From contig CAVQPS010000009.1 of NCBI GenBank assembly GCA_963714795.1, positions 806,709-870,708 on the forward strand: DNA of 64,000 nucleotides, given 5' to 3'. The notes under the pieces were generated by a model. It was not told the origin of the DNA, did no database searches, and worked only from the letters and a program-made list of their open reading frames with translations. The DNA comes from an uncultured Ignavibacteriales bacterium (GTDB lineage Bacteria; Bacteroidota; Ignavibacteria; UBA10030; SZUA-254). The translations under genes and the position numbers were made by a program. This document shows, one piece after another, positions 8,958 through 19,275 of this stretch (its first letter is position 1; each line of letters begins with the position of its first letter).

Positions 8958-11823
8958 TTATCTTACGGTGTACGTGAACGTTGCCAGAAAATATCGGCCT
9001 AAAACTTCATTCTGGATATCTTCAACGTACGATTCCGTGATCATGCGGTTGACGCTCTTGTTCTGGTTCAGGAGATCGTTCACACCGATCTGAAGTTCTC
9101 CGCGCTGGCTGGCAAAAAACTTGTGTGCAAGATTTAAACTCCAGAGCCAGATGTTTTCATCGTATCCGGCACCCAACCCGTTGTAAAGCGTGTTGTCCAA
9201 CTCATTTCTCAGAACAAATCCATTGAGGAAGATCAGATTGAATTTTATTCCTGCTGTTTGTGAATAGTAATTATTGTTCAATTGCAGCTCGCTGCTGTTC
9301 TTTGCAATATTGTAATTCCCGGTATAGGACAGGGTAAAGTCGACATCGGTGCTGATGTTACTGGAAATGACTCCACCCGCGGTTAATGCGGAAGTATTAT
9401 TGAGATTCAAAGCACCATTGACGAGACCCGGTGTGCGGGTAAAGTTGTAACCGGCGGTGAGATTGAGATTGCTGCTGATGAGTCCTATCGGCAGGCCGTA
9501 CGTCAGAAAAAATCTTGCATTCCAATAATCGTCGAGGTTCACAGGCGTTGTTAATTGACTTCCCTGATGCAGCAGAATACCCTGGCTCAGCAAAGAATCC
9601 TTCGTCGCAGTGTAGATGGAATTGGCAACATAGTTGTTTGTTTCCTGGGCAGTGAGGAAAATAAACAGGCTATGACCTTCCCGTGCATTCGTCAAGCCAT
9701 AACGCAGCAAGATAGTCTGTCCATATGACTGGGTGAGATTCGGATTGCCGCCGGTGAGTTGCAGAGGATTGGAGTTGTCGATAACGTTTTGCAATTGTGC
9801 GATCGTCGGTGCCGTGGTTGACGTCCTGTAGAAAAAACGTAAGTTCGTGTTATCCGTGAAGGTATAATTGAGCATTGCCGAAGGAAGCACGTTGTAAAAT
9901 GTTCTGTTCACGACGTTCGAAAATGGATACACTTGCGTTCCATCCAGCGAAGCAATCTGGTACGCGGCGTTGATCATGAGGTTCAGTGTAGAAACATGAA
10001 TGCGGTACCCGATCCCGGCATTTTGCGTTGTGTACGTGTTGTGAAATGTGTTCGAAAGCAACGTGTCGGGTAACGTGAAGGCATCTGTTTGTGAATCAAA
10101 TGCATAACGGCGATTATCTGAATTATTCTTTGTGTACGAAGGATTGTATGTCAACTGAACCTGACTAAAAACTCCGACCGGTTCGGTGTACGCGAGGCGG
10201 GGCGAAATCGTATAGCCGTCCGTGTTGAGCGTGGTATGTTCATTCAGCAGGGAATCGTAATTCTGCGTGATATAGTTCTGAAGAGAATAGACCGACCCCG
10301 TGCCCTGTTTCAGGTTTGAACTCCAACCGATGTCCAGCGACACGGTTCTTCCGGGAAGATCGAATTTGTGACGTAATGTAAGGTGGCTTGAAATGTTATT
10401 TCCCGTATATTCGGAACCGTTAATGTTTTCCACATCGGTGATCGGCCCCGACATGTTCGTCATAGAACCGGTCAAATTGCTTCCGGAATTGTTGGATTGA
10501 AAGTACACATGCGGGCGTAAAAATAATGGAGTTCGAAGAATCGAATAAATACACCGCGCGGGTATCGAACCGATGGTTAACATTGCTGCTGTTGGAGTTT
10601 GTCGCCTGCCTGTAAACCTGTTGAGAATCCTGCTGAAGTTGATATGTCTGCGCAAGGTTCTGAAGATTATTGTTCGCCGTGTGATTAAAAAAATAACCCT
10701 GGTTGATGGTAAAATTACTGTCAAAGCTGTCGTTGAAATTCGCGCCGACTGAATTCGTATTGGTAATACCGGTTTGCTGGCCGACAAGAAAATTACCAAC
10801 GTTAATACCGCTGTTTCCGCCGCCGCCCCCACCGCCGCCGCCATTTCCACCCCCACCGCCATAAAAGCCGCCGCCGCCGCCACCGCCACCACCTCGCCCA
10901 CCACCACCACCGCCGCCACGACCGCCGCCGCCAAATCCACCTCCGTTGGAAGTATTGTTTGTAACGCCGAGAATATCCTGCGTTGAAAAATTCTGTTGGT
11001 TGACATTATTGGAAAGCCCGATCAACGTCAATCGGCTGTCACCTTCGAACGAATTAACGCTCCCGCCGGCGATATAGTGATCGTCGTCGCCGTATCCCGC
11101 GTAAACCTTTCCAAAATTTTGGTTGCGCCGGTTCTTACGCGTAACTATATTCATCGTCTTCAACGATTGACCGTCATCGAAGCCGGTGAACTGTGCCTGA
11201 TCGCTCATCTGGTCAAACACTTGAATTTTATCGACTGCGTCGGCAGGGAGATTGTGTAATGCCAGCAACGGATCGCTTCCGAAGAACGGTTTCCCGTCAA
11301 GAAGAACTTGTTGCACGTTTTCACCCTGGGCATGTACGCCGGTGTTATCAATCGACACGCCGGGCAATTTCGTCACGAGGTCTCCGGCATCCGCATCCGG
11401 GTGAACTTTAAATGCGCCTGCGTTAAATTCAGCAGTATCCGCTTTTTGCTCGGCCGGAACGACCTGTCCTTCCACCACGATCTCGCCAAGCTGAACTGCG
11501 CTCACAGACATGGCGATATCGCCGGCATCGATAGATGGTTTGTCGACCACCACGGTTTTATAGGCTGAGGAATAGCCGACGTATGTGGCAGTAATTACGT
11601 AGGTATTGAAATTAACATTCCCGAATATAAACTTGCCGTCAATATCGGTGCCGACGAACTCGGCTTTTGTCGAGTCTGACTTGAGGGAAAGACGGACCGT
11701 TACTCCGACAAGCGGGGATTTGTTCTTGCCATCGATGATCCGTCCCTGCACCGTGCTTATCTGGGCAAGTGCCGGAATCGAATACCACACAACTAAAATA
11801 AGGACGAGAAGTTTTCTGAACAT
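8958..11823 (-). CDS. TonB-dependent-receptor-like outer-membrane protein (signal peptide, CarboxypepD_reg-like, Plug-like, Gly-rich linker, large beta-barrel). A frameshift near 10520 splits it into two ORFs.
   Basis: The 467-aa ORF (11823->10420) has a signal peptide MFRKLLVLILVVWYSIPALAQ, the CarboxypepD_reg-like GRIIDGKNKSPLVGVTVRL, a plug-like segment, then GGGFGGGGRGGGGGGG.... The 682-aa ORF (to 8958) continues the N/S/T/Y-rich barrel. The first ~140 aa of that ORF (Ala/Val-rich) are a wrong-frame reading of the GGN repeat. The two frames switch near a T5/A5 run around 10520. Confidence 0.75.
10814..10950 (-). repeat. (GGN)n low-complexity coding repeat that encodes a poly-Gly/Arg linker
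   Basis: On the + strand it reads as ccgccgccgcc/caccacc repeats. On the - strand it translates to GGGFGGGGRGGGGGGGRGGGGGGGGGFYGGGGGNGGGGGGGGG. Confidence 0.9.
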
Positions 11824-12147
11824 ATAATGAGTGTTGTTATCTTGTTTTACGATGAACGGAAAAAGTCAAGGGTGGTAAGCAAACCCTGCAATTTGAATGA
11901 CAATAGTTGATTTTCAGTATACGCTTATTCTTAGACTCTCCAAAGAATGAAATGTTTAAGAAAAAACCGTATCACGGGAAAATTTCAGTCGATTTTGTCG
12001 AATCTGTTCTTTTTTACAGTATCATGAATTGAACCAATATAATCGATGCCCCGGAATATTTCTGGCAATTGTTTTTTCTTGACGATGAGCAGGAAGAAAT
12101 GTACTTTGTATGAGTTAATATTTCTTTGTTCATGAAAGGAACATCCG

Positions 12148-12582
12148 ATGTCGGTTCAAAATTATGGAAATCATAAGCGTTACGTGTTTCTGTTTCATGT
12201 TGTATTATTCCTGCTCCTTGTTCTGACATTGATCGGATCATTTGTTAATTTTTATGAATCGCTGGGCGATCATGAAAGAATGTACAGTGCGTCGTTAATC
12301 GCGGTATTGTCCGTCTGTTTGCTGATGTTCTTTTTCTTCAGCAGAGGGTTTGCACTGCGGGCACAGGATCGCGCGATCCGCGCGGAGGAAAATCTCCGGT
12401 ATTTTGCACTCGCCGGTAAACTGTTCGATCCGAAATTAACCATGTCGCAAATCATTGCTCTGCGCTTTGCTTCGGATGAAGAACTGGTCGGGCTGGCGAA
12501 GAAAGCGGTCGATGAGAATCTTACGAACGATGCCATCAAACGATCGGTAAAGAACTGGCGCGCAGATTATCATCGCGCGTGA
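12148..12582 (+). CDS. Hypothetical small membrane protein
   Basis: RBS-like AAAGGAACA upstream. Two hydrophobic helices followed by a charged C-terminal domain. Confidence 0.5.
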   Translation: MSVQNYGNHKRYVFLFHVVLFLLLVLTLIGSFVNFYESLGDHERMYSASLIAVLSVCLLMFFFFSRGFALRAQDRAIRAEENLRYFALAGKLFDPKLTMSQIIALRFASDEELVGLAKKAVDENLTNDAIKRSVKNWRADYHRA

Positions 12583-12952
12583 CGTAAAGTATATCGAAAC
12601 CGGATTGATTCGGCAAGAAAAGAGAAAATCGGTCGAAATCATTTGTGATATTTTTTCTGACCCGTTCTATCATGCAGTGTTGTCGGTGCCGTCAACCCGG
12701 CATTGACTCTCAAAAGGATTTACCGTATATTTTATAAAGCACACCGAAAAAGGTCTGCATCATGCTGTTTTGTTCCTTTCATCATTTCAAATAAAGGTGA
12801 GGCGGTTGTTCGGCAACCGGCCGGCCGATCGTTCTTTCAACTAATTTTTTTTAATTCCAACACCACGATAGTACCAGCAAGACTGCGATTTCAAAATCTG
12901 TCAGCCTGGAATTGTTGATTTGATCAGTTTTTATTGAGGAAAGGATTATCCT

Positions 12953-13897
12953 ATGCCGTTACCAAAGTATGCATTTTTCAACGATAAAGTTATTCCCTAT
13001 GACGAAGCGAAAGTTGGTGTCCTGACACATGCGCTGAACTATGGAACCGCAATTTTTGACGGTATCCGGGGATACTGGAATGAGGAAGAACACGAGCTGT
13101 TTATTTTCCGGCTTCAGGATCACTGCCGCCGTTTTCTCCAGTCGGCAAAGTTGTTGTGTATGAAACTTCCGTTTAACGAACAGACGCTTTTTCAGGCATT
13201 TATGGAAGTGCTCCAGGCTGAACAATATCATGAAGATTGTTATATCCGTCCGCTCGCTTTTTATTCCGATGAAATTATCGGTGTTCGCCTTCACAATCTG
13301 ACGCCGGCCCTGTCGATCGTGGCGCTTCCGTTCGGCCGGTATGTGGATAATGAAGAAGGAACGCGCGTTACTGTTTCTTCGTGGCGCCGGGTCGATGACA
13401 ATATGATCCCGCCGCGCGGAAAGATCGCCGGTTCGTATGTGAATTCTGCTTTTATCAAAACCGATGCCCAGCGGGCGGGATTTGATGAAGCTATCGTGCT
13501 GAATCACGACGGACATGTTTCGGAAGGTTCTGCCGAAAATTTCTTTATGATCAAAAACGGAGTCGTGATCACACCCCCCATTACGGATAATATCCTGGAA
13601 GGCATTACACGCCGTACGATGATATCGCTTTTCCGGGATGAACTGGAACTGGAAGTGGTCGAACGTCAGATCGATCGAACCGAATTGTATCTTGCCGACG
13701 AGATGTTCTTTGTTGGAACGGGCGTTCAAATCGCATCGATTATTGAAGTTGATCATCGTCCTATCGGAAACGGTTCGATGGGAATCGTGACGAAAGAAAT
13801 GCGCGATATCTATTTCAATACCGTCCGCGGACGTATCCACAAATATCGCGGCTGGTGTTCGCCGGTCTACGATATGCATGTGATCGGTAAATCATAA
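12953..13897 (+). CDS. ilvE: Branched-chain amino acid aminotransferase (class IV PLP fold)
   Basis: 314 aa. The N-terminus AFFNDKVIPYDEAKVGVLTHALNYGTAIFDGIRGY... and the residues EGSAENFFMIKNGVVITPP are typical of IlvE. Preceded by GAGGAAAGGA. Confidence 0.9.
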   Translation: MPLPKYAFFNDKVIPYDEAKVGVLTHALNYGTAIFDGIRGYWNEEEHELFIFRLQDHCRRFLQSAKLLCMKLPFNEQTLFQAFMEVLQAEQYHEDCYIRPLAFYSDEIIGVRLHNLTPALSIVALPFGRYVDNEEGTRVTVSSWRRVDDNMIPPRGKIAGSYVNSAFIKTDAQRAGFDEAIVLNHDGHVSEGSAENFFMIKNGVVITPPITDNILEGITRRTMISLFRDELELEVVERQIDRTELYLADEMFFVGTGVQIASIIEVDHRPIGNGSMGIVTKEMRDIYFNTVRGRIHKYRGWCSPVYDMHVIGKS

Positions 13898-13961
13898 CGG
13901 AACATTTTCGGACGATGGTTGATTGTACGTCGTTTGTCGAATGTCATGAAAGGAAAATAAC

Positions 13962-14174
13962 ATGGCTCAATCTCATTGTATAAAATGCGGCAGTTATAAA
14001 TTTGAAATAGCCGATTCGCATCTCAAGCATAAGGAAACAAAGCTGGTTTTCGTGCAGTGTTCGTCGTGCGGTGGAGTCGTCGGTGTCTTTGAAATGCGCG
14101 CCGCCGAGAAATTTCTCGAGAATCAAGCTGAAGACCGGTTTCCAATTTCCGAAAAACCGGAGTTCGAACTGTAA
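13962..14174 (+). CDS. Small zinc-ribbon protein (CxxC...CxxC)
   Basis: 70 aa: CIKCGSYKFE...CSSCGGVV. RBS GAAAGGAAAA upstream. Confidence 0.45.
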   Translation: MAQSHCIKCGSYKFEIADSHLKHKETKLVFVQCSSCGGVVGVFEMRAAEKFLENQAEDRFPISEKPEFEL

Positions 14175-14276
14175 AGCTTTTCGCGGCATTCCTTATTCTC
14201 ACTGCTCGTCTATTTCCTTCATCATCAAGGAAATAGATGAGCATTTTTTTTCTTTGACACTGAATAAAATTTCAGT

Positions 14277-15656
14277 ATGTTCTCTTACACAATCATAAAT
14301 CAAGGTATGAACAGAACATTCAATCTTGCAGCTATTTTTTCTTGCCTGACGATGATGATTTGGTCGCCCGCCATCGCACAACATTCAACTGCCGATTCAG
14401 TAAAAGCCGAGTTTCTTCACGCATGGAACGGCTATAAACAATTCGCCTGGGGGCACGATGCTCTGAAACCGCTGAGCAAACAGCCGCGCGATTGGTACGG
14501 CAAATCATTCTGCATGACGCCGGTCGACGCGTACGACGTCTTGATGGTGATGGGACTTTCCGGTGAAGCTGCGGAAGCAAAAAAGCTTATTTTCGATACT
14601 CTTTCATTTAACAGAGATGTCGAAATCCAGAGTTTTGAGATTACCATTCGGCTGCTTGGCGGACTGTTATCGTCCTATCAGATCGACGGCGACAAACGCT
14701 TTCTTGATCTTGCTGAAGATCTCGGGAAGCGACTTCTTCCTGTTTTCAATTCGTCGACCGGAATGCCGTATCGTTTTGTCAATCTTCAAACCGGAAAAAT
14801 CCGCGATTCGATCAACAATCCCGCCGAAATCGGAACATCGTTAATTGAATTCGGCACACTCAGCAAACTGACCGGCAATCCTGTCTATTATGAAAAGTCA
14901 AAACGTGCGCTTGTACAATTATTTAATCACCGATCGAAAATCGGACTTGTCGGTACATGGATCAATGTGGAAACGGGAATGTGGGTCGATTCGACAAGCC
15001 ATATCGGCGGTGCCATCGATTCATATTATGAATATCTCATCAAATCATGGCTCCTCTTTGGCGATACGGATTGCAAAAACATGTGGGATGAAAGCATTAC
15101 GGCAATCAACACTTACATTGCCGATACAATGCACAGCGGATTGTGGTATGGTCAGGCAAACATGGAAACAGGAAAACGTATCGGCACCGAGTTCGGATCG
15201 CTTGAAGCTTTTTTCCCCGCGGTGCTTTGCCTCTCCGGAGATGTCGAGCGTGCGAAGAAACTGGAAGAATCATGTTTCGCGATGTGGAACGTTTATGGTA
15301 TCGAACCGGATGGGTTCAATTATGTTACGATGTCGGCAACGGAGAAAAACTATCCTCTGCGCCCTGAAATCATCGAGTCGGCGTATTATCTTTATCATTA
15401 TACCGGTGACCAAAAATATCGTCAAATGGGAGAAACATTTTTTCACTCTATCATGAATTACTGTCGTACCGATGACGCGTATGCCGCTCTCCAGGATGTT
15501 ACGACGAAACAGAAAACCGATTCGATGGAAAGTTTTTTCTTTGCCGAAACATTGCAATACCTCTATTTGTTATTCTCACCGGAGGAAACTCTGCCGTTCG
15601 ATTCGGTTATTTTCAATACGGAAGCGCATCCGATACGAATAACCTGGAAGAAATAA
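14277..15656 (+). CDS. Glycoside hydrolase family 47 (class I alpha-1,2-mannosidase-like), secreted. The likely start is the Met at 14307.
   Basis: Signal peptide MNRTFNLAAIFSCLTMMIWSPAIAQ. It has the GH47 family pattern, including RLLGGLLSSY and AIDSYYEYL. Confidence 0.75.
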   Translation: MFSYTIINQGMNRTFNLAAIFSCLTMMIWSPAIAQHSTADSVKAEFLHAWNGYKQFAWGHDALKPLSKQPRDWYGKSFCMTPVDAYDVLMVMGLSGEAAEAKKLIFDTLSFNRDVEIQSFEITIRLLGGLLSSYQIDGDKRFLDLAEDLGKRLLPVFNSSTGMPYRFVNLQTGKIRDSINNPAEIGTSLIEFGTLSKLTGNPVYYEKSKRALVQLFNHRSKIGLVGTWINVETGMWVDSTSHIGGAIDSYYEYLIKSWLLFGDTDCKNMWDESITAINTYIADTMHSGLWYGQANMETGKRIGTEFGSLEAFFPAVLCLSGDVERAKKLEESCFAMWNVYGIEPDGFNYVTMSATEKNYPLRPEIIESAYYLYHYTGDQKYRQMGETFFHSIMNYCRTDDAYAALQDVTTKQKTDSMESFFFAETLQYLYLLFSPEETLPFDSVIFNTEAHPIRITWKK

Positions 15657-15744
15657 TAACCGATTCCACAAATCGTTTTATTCCGGATCAATGAACCGTT
15701 GTGGATTCATGCAACTCTTCGTATATTTTATTCAATGATGACGA

Positions 15745-17127
15745 TTGTATGAAAAGAAAAATTTTATCGGGCGTATGAACCCGGCACATGAATCCCGGGA
15801 ATCGGACAAGACAAAAGCGCGACGTTTTGGACATGTTTTTCGGGCACTCCGTTTCAGAAACTATCGGCTCTTTTTCGGCGGACAACTCATTTCGCTGATC
15901 GGCACATGGATGCAGCAAATTGCGCTAACCTGGCTCGTGTACCGTCTCACGAATTCAGCATTTCTCCTTGGACTGGTCGGATTTGCCGGGCAACTGCCGA
16001 TGTTTCTTCTCGGTCCGCTTGCCGGCGTGATTGCCGACCGGTTGAATAAACAACGCATCATCATCATTACGCAAACTCTTTCCATGATTCAGGCCGGGAT
16101 ACTTGCTGTGCTTACGCTGACCGGTACGATTGCAGTGTGGCACATCATGGTCCTCAGTATTTTTTTAGGACTCATCAATGCATTCGATATGCCGACCCGC
16201 CAATCGTTTTTACTGGAGATGATTGAAAATAAAGATGAACTCGGAAATGCCATTGCTCTGAATTCTTCCATGTTCAACGGTGCACGATTAGTGGGGCCAT
16301 CCATTGCGGGATTGGTTATCGCCGCGATCGGTGAGGGGCTTTGTTTTTTTCTGAATGCCGTCAGTTATATTGCGGTCATTATAGCGTTACTCGCCATGAA
16401 ACTTCCGCCGCGTCATCATCATCAAAAAAAATCCCGCGGGATGATGGTTGAATTTAAGGAAGGGTTTCGGTATGTGGTCGGCTTTTCCGCCATCCGGAAT
16501 ATTCTTCTTCTGATTGCGCTTGTCAGTCTTGCCGGAATGCCATACATGGTGCTCATGCCGGTATTTGCAAAAGATATTTTACATGGCGGTCCGCACACAC
16601 TCGGGTTTCTGATGGGTGCAGTCGGAGTCGGGGCATTGTCCGGTGCATTGATTCTTGCCTCAAGAAAAAATGTTGTCGGACTCAGCCGGTGGATTCCGTT
16701 TTCTGCAACCGTGTTTGGCGCGGGGATCATCGGTTTTTCGTTCTCCCGGGCTCTTCCGCTTTCGATGGTTTTGTTGTTCATCGCCGGACTGGGAATGATG
16801 GTACAAATTGCCTCGAGCAATACGATTATGCAGACAATTGCCGACGACGATAAGCGTGGTCGCGTAATGAGTTTTTATACCATGTCATTTGTCGGAATGA
16901 CACCGTTCGGCAGCCTTCTCGCCGGAAGTCTGGCAAGCTCCATCGGAGCTCCTTCAACCGTTTTCATCAGCGGAATTGTATGCATAGCGGGCGCGATCAT
17001 TTTTGCTCTTCAATTGCCGTCGTTACGGAAACAAATTCATCCGATTTATGTGAAGCTGGGAATTATCCCGGAAATATCATCCGGCATACAAACCGCGAGC
17101 CAGCTGGCACGACCGCCGGCAGAGTGA
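15745..17127 (+). CDS. MFS transporter with 12 TM helices. An alternative start lies at 15775.
   Basis: Repeated 6+6 hydrophobic helices with MFS motifs (GPLAGVIADRLNKQR after TM2). Confidence 0.8.
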   Translation: MYEKKNFIGRMNPAHESRESDKTKARRFGHVFRALRFRNYRLFFGGQLISLIGTWMQQIALTWLVYRLTNSAFLLGLVGFAGQLPMFLLGPLAGVIADRLNKQRIIIITQTLSMIQAGILAVLTLTGTIAVWHIMVLSIFLGLINAFDMPTRQSFLLEMIENKDELGNAIALNSSMFNGARLVGPSIAGLVIAAIGEGLCFFLNAVSYIAVIIALLAMKLPPRHHHQKKSRGMMVEFKEGFRYVVGFSAIRNILLLIALVSLAGMPYMVLMPVFAKDILHGGPHTLGFLMGAVGVGALSGALILASRKNVVGLSRWIPFSATVFGAGIIGFSFSRALPLSMVLLFIAGLGMMVQIASSNTIMQTIADDDKRGRVMSFYTMSFVGMTPFGSLLAGSLASSIGAPSTVFISGIVCIAGAIIFALQLPSLRKQIHPIYVKLGIIPEISSGIQTASQLARPPAE

Positions 17128-17237
17128 ATCATTTTTCCCGTTAATTCGCACAGGCAATGGAATTGTTCCTCTTTATTTCTTCTTTGATTTTGCATGTTGT
17201 TTGATGTATATTCACAAGGCAAATAAAGGACATCAGC

Positions 17238-18500
17238 GTGGATAAATTCGTTATTCAGGGCGGTAAAAAACTAAAAGGGAAGGTTGTCATCAGCGGCTCG
17301 AAAAATGCGGCACTCGCGCTGATGCCGGCAACACTTCTCGCGAGCGGCAGGTATCATTTCCGGAATATTCCCGAGCTTCGCGATGTGATCACGATGGGAA
17401 AACTGCTCCAGATGATGGGGGTGGATGTTGAAAGAAACGGGCATGAGCTTCAGATGAATACGTTTCGCGTCAATAAGTTTGAAGCGCCGTACGAACAGGT
17501 GAAAAAAATGCGTGCGTCGATTTACGTTCTCGGCCCGTTGATCGCACGCTACAGTTATGCAAAAGTGTCGTTACCGGGAGGATGTGCGTGGGGACCCCGT
17601 CCCGTCAATCTTCATATCGAAGGAATACGGAAACTCGGCGCGCATATCGATATTGAAGAAGGATATATTATTGCAAAAGCCAAACGGCTCAAAGCCGCGA
17701 AGATTCATTTCGATGTTTCCAGCGTCGGTGCTACCGGCAACATTATGATGGCGGCAGTGTTGGCAAAAGGAACGACTCGAATTACCAATGCCGCGATGGA
17801 ACCGGAGATTGTCGCTCTCGGCAATTTTCTCGTCAAGATGGGCGCACACATCGGCGGAATCGGTACAGCGAAGCTGGAGATTGAAGGTGTCGATCAGCTT
17901 CATCCGGCCGATGAAACAATGATTCCGGATCGCATTGAAGCGGGAACATTTCTCGTTGCGGCGGCAATAACAGGCGGAACGGTAACCATCGAACACTGTG
18001 AGCCGTTGCATCTGACAGCAATTCTCTCGAAACTCAAAGAAGCCGGTGCATCAATACAAATCGGTGACACATGGATTACGATATCGATGCCGAAATCGAT
18101 TAAATCGGTGAATGTAACGACGGAAATTTATCCCGGCTTTCCGACAGATATGCAGGCGCAATGGCTGTCATTAATGTCGATCGCAAAAGGATCGGCGACC
18201 ATCACCGATTCGATTTATTATGATCGCTTTAAGCACGTTCCGGAACTTACGCGTCTCGGTGCCGATATTGTTTTGAACCACAATGCTGCCATCGTCCATG
18301 GCGTCAAAAAATTAACCGGTGCAAAAGTGATGTCGACCGATTTACGCGCTTCGGCGAGTTTGGTTCTTTCCGGACTTGTTGCCGGAGGGAAAACCGAAGT
18401 CCTGCGCGTCTATCACCTCGACCGAGGTTATGAAGCAATTGAAAAAAAATTACTCGCATTAGGTGCGAAGATCAAACGGGTTTCCGGTCAGGAATTTTAA
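17238..18500 (+). CDS. murA: UDP-N-acetylglucosamine 1-carboxyvinyltransferase
   Basis: GTG start. [37 protein letters not shown]... has the MurA hallmarks. 420 aa. Confidence 0.92.
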   Translation: MDKFVIQGGKKLKGKVVISGSKNAALALMPATLLASGRYHFRNIPELRDVITMGKLLQMMGVDVERNGHELQMNTFRVNKFEAPYEQVKKMRASIYVLGPLIARYSYAKVSLPGGCAWGPRPVNLHIEGIRKLGAHIDIEEGYIIAKAKRLKAAKIHFDVSSVGATGNIMMAAVLAKGTTRITNAAMEPEIVALGNFLVKMGAHIGGIGTAKLEIEGVDQLHPADETMIPDRIEAGTFLVAAAITGGTVTIEHCEPLHLTAILSKLKEAGASIQIGDTWITISMPKSIKSVNVTTEIYPGFPTDMQAQWLSLMSIAKGSATITDSIYYDRFKHVPELTRLGADIVLNHNAAIVHGVKKLTGAKVMSTDLRASASLVLSGLVAGGKTEVLRVYHLDRGYEAIEKKLLALGAKIKRVSGQEF

Positions 18501-18514
18501 ACCACGACAGATGT

Positions 18515-19264
18515 ATGACAAAAATTATTGCCGTCATGCCCGCCTATAATGCTGCCCTCACGCTGGAACCAACTGTGCGGGATATACCTCCGGGAGTTGT
18601 CGATGAAATTATCGTCGTCGATGACAGCAGTAAGGATAACACCGTGGAACAGGCGCGGCGATTAGGATTGACCGTCGTTCAGCATGAAAAAAATAAAGGA
18701 TACGGCGGAAATCAAAAAACATGTTACCGCCTTGCCCTTGAACGCGGCGCTGATATTGTTGTGATGATCCATCCTGATTACCAGTACGACAGCAAGCTGA
18801 CGCCGTATCTTGTCGGTTTTTTGCGTGACCGCTATTTCGATGTGATGCTCGGTTCGCGTATCCGCACGCGGAAAGAAGCTTTTGCCGGGGGCATGCCGAA
18901 ATACAAATATGCAGCCAACCGCATGCTGACGCTTGCAGAAAATATTTGCACCGGCATGAATCTTTCCGAGTGGCATACCGGGTTTCGTGCATTTACGAAA
19001 GAAGTGCTGGAGACCATTCCCTGGCAGCAAAACTCAGATGATTTTGTATTTGATAGCCAGATGCTCCTCCAATGTGTTGCGTTCGGGTTCCGTGTCGGCG
19101 AAATTCCCGTTCCCGTGCGCTACCACGATACCGCCTCATCTATTAATTTTTTCCGTAGTGTTCGGTACGGAATCGGAACGCTGTCTGCCGTCGGAACATT
19201 TCTGTTGCACCGATTTCATGTTGGCCATCCGGAAATGTTTCGCCGAAAAGAATTTCAAACCTGA
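18515..19264 (+). CDS. GT2 polyprenyl-phosphate hexose (mannose/glucose) synthase, Dpm1/Ppm1/ArnC-like
   Basis: The N-terminus [15 protein letters not shown]...[10 protein letters not shown] has the GT2 DxD context. The C-terminal pattern GSRIRT...[11 protein letters not shown]...[27 protein letters not shown] resembles eukaryotic Dpm1 (GSR...FRLYRKEVLE...IGEVPI). Confidence 0.75.
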   Translation: MTKIIAVMPAYNAALTLEPTVRDIPPGVVDEIIVVDDSSKDNTVEQARRLGLTVVQHEKNKGYGGNQKTCYRLALERGADIVVMIHPDYQYDSKLTPYLVGFLRDRYFDVMLGSRIRTRKEAFAGGMPKYKYAANRMLTLAENICTGMNLSEWHTGFRAFTKEVLETIPWQQNSDDFVFDSQMLLQCVAFGFRVGEIPVPVRYHDTASSINFFRSVRYGIGTLSAVGTFLLHRFHVGHPEMFRRKEFQT

Positions 19265-19275
19265 CATTCTTCCAC

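Noticed and set aside
10774-10986. 70-aa Ala/Thr-rich plus-strand ORF, and the Ala/Val-rich N-terminus of the 682-aa minus-strand ORF
   Set aside because: Both are alternative-frame readings of the GC-rich (GGN)n repeat, which lacks stop codons in all frames.
12959-13879. 306-aa minus-strand ORF covering ilvE
   Set aside because: Mirror ORF of the ilvE gene with no plausible protein features. ilvE on the + strand has clear family motifs.
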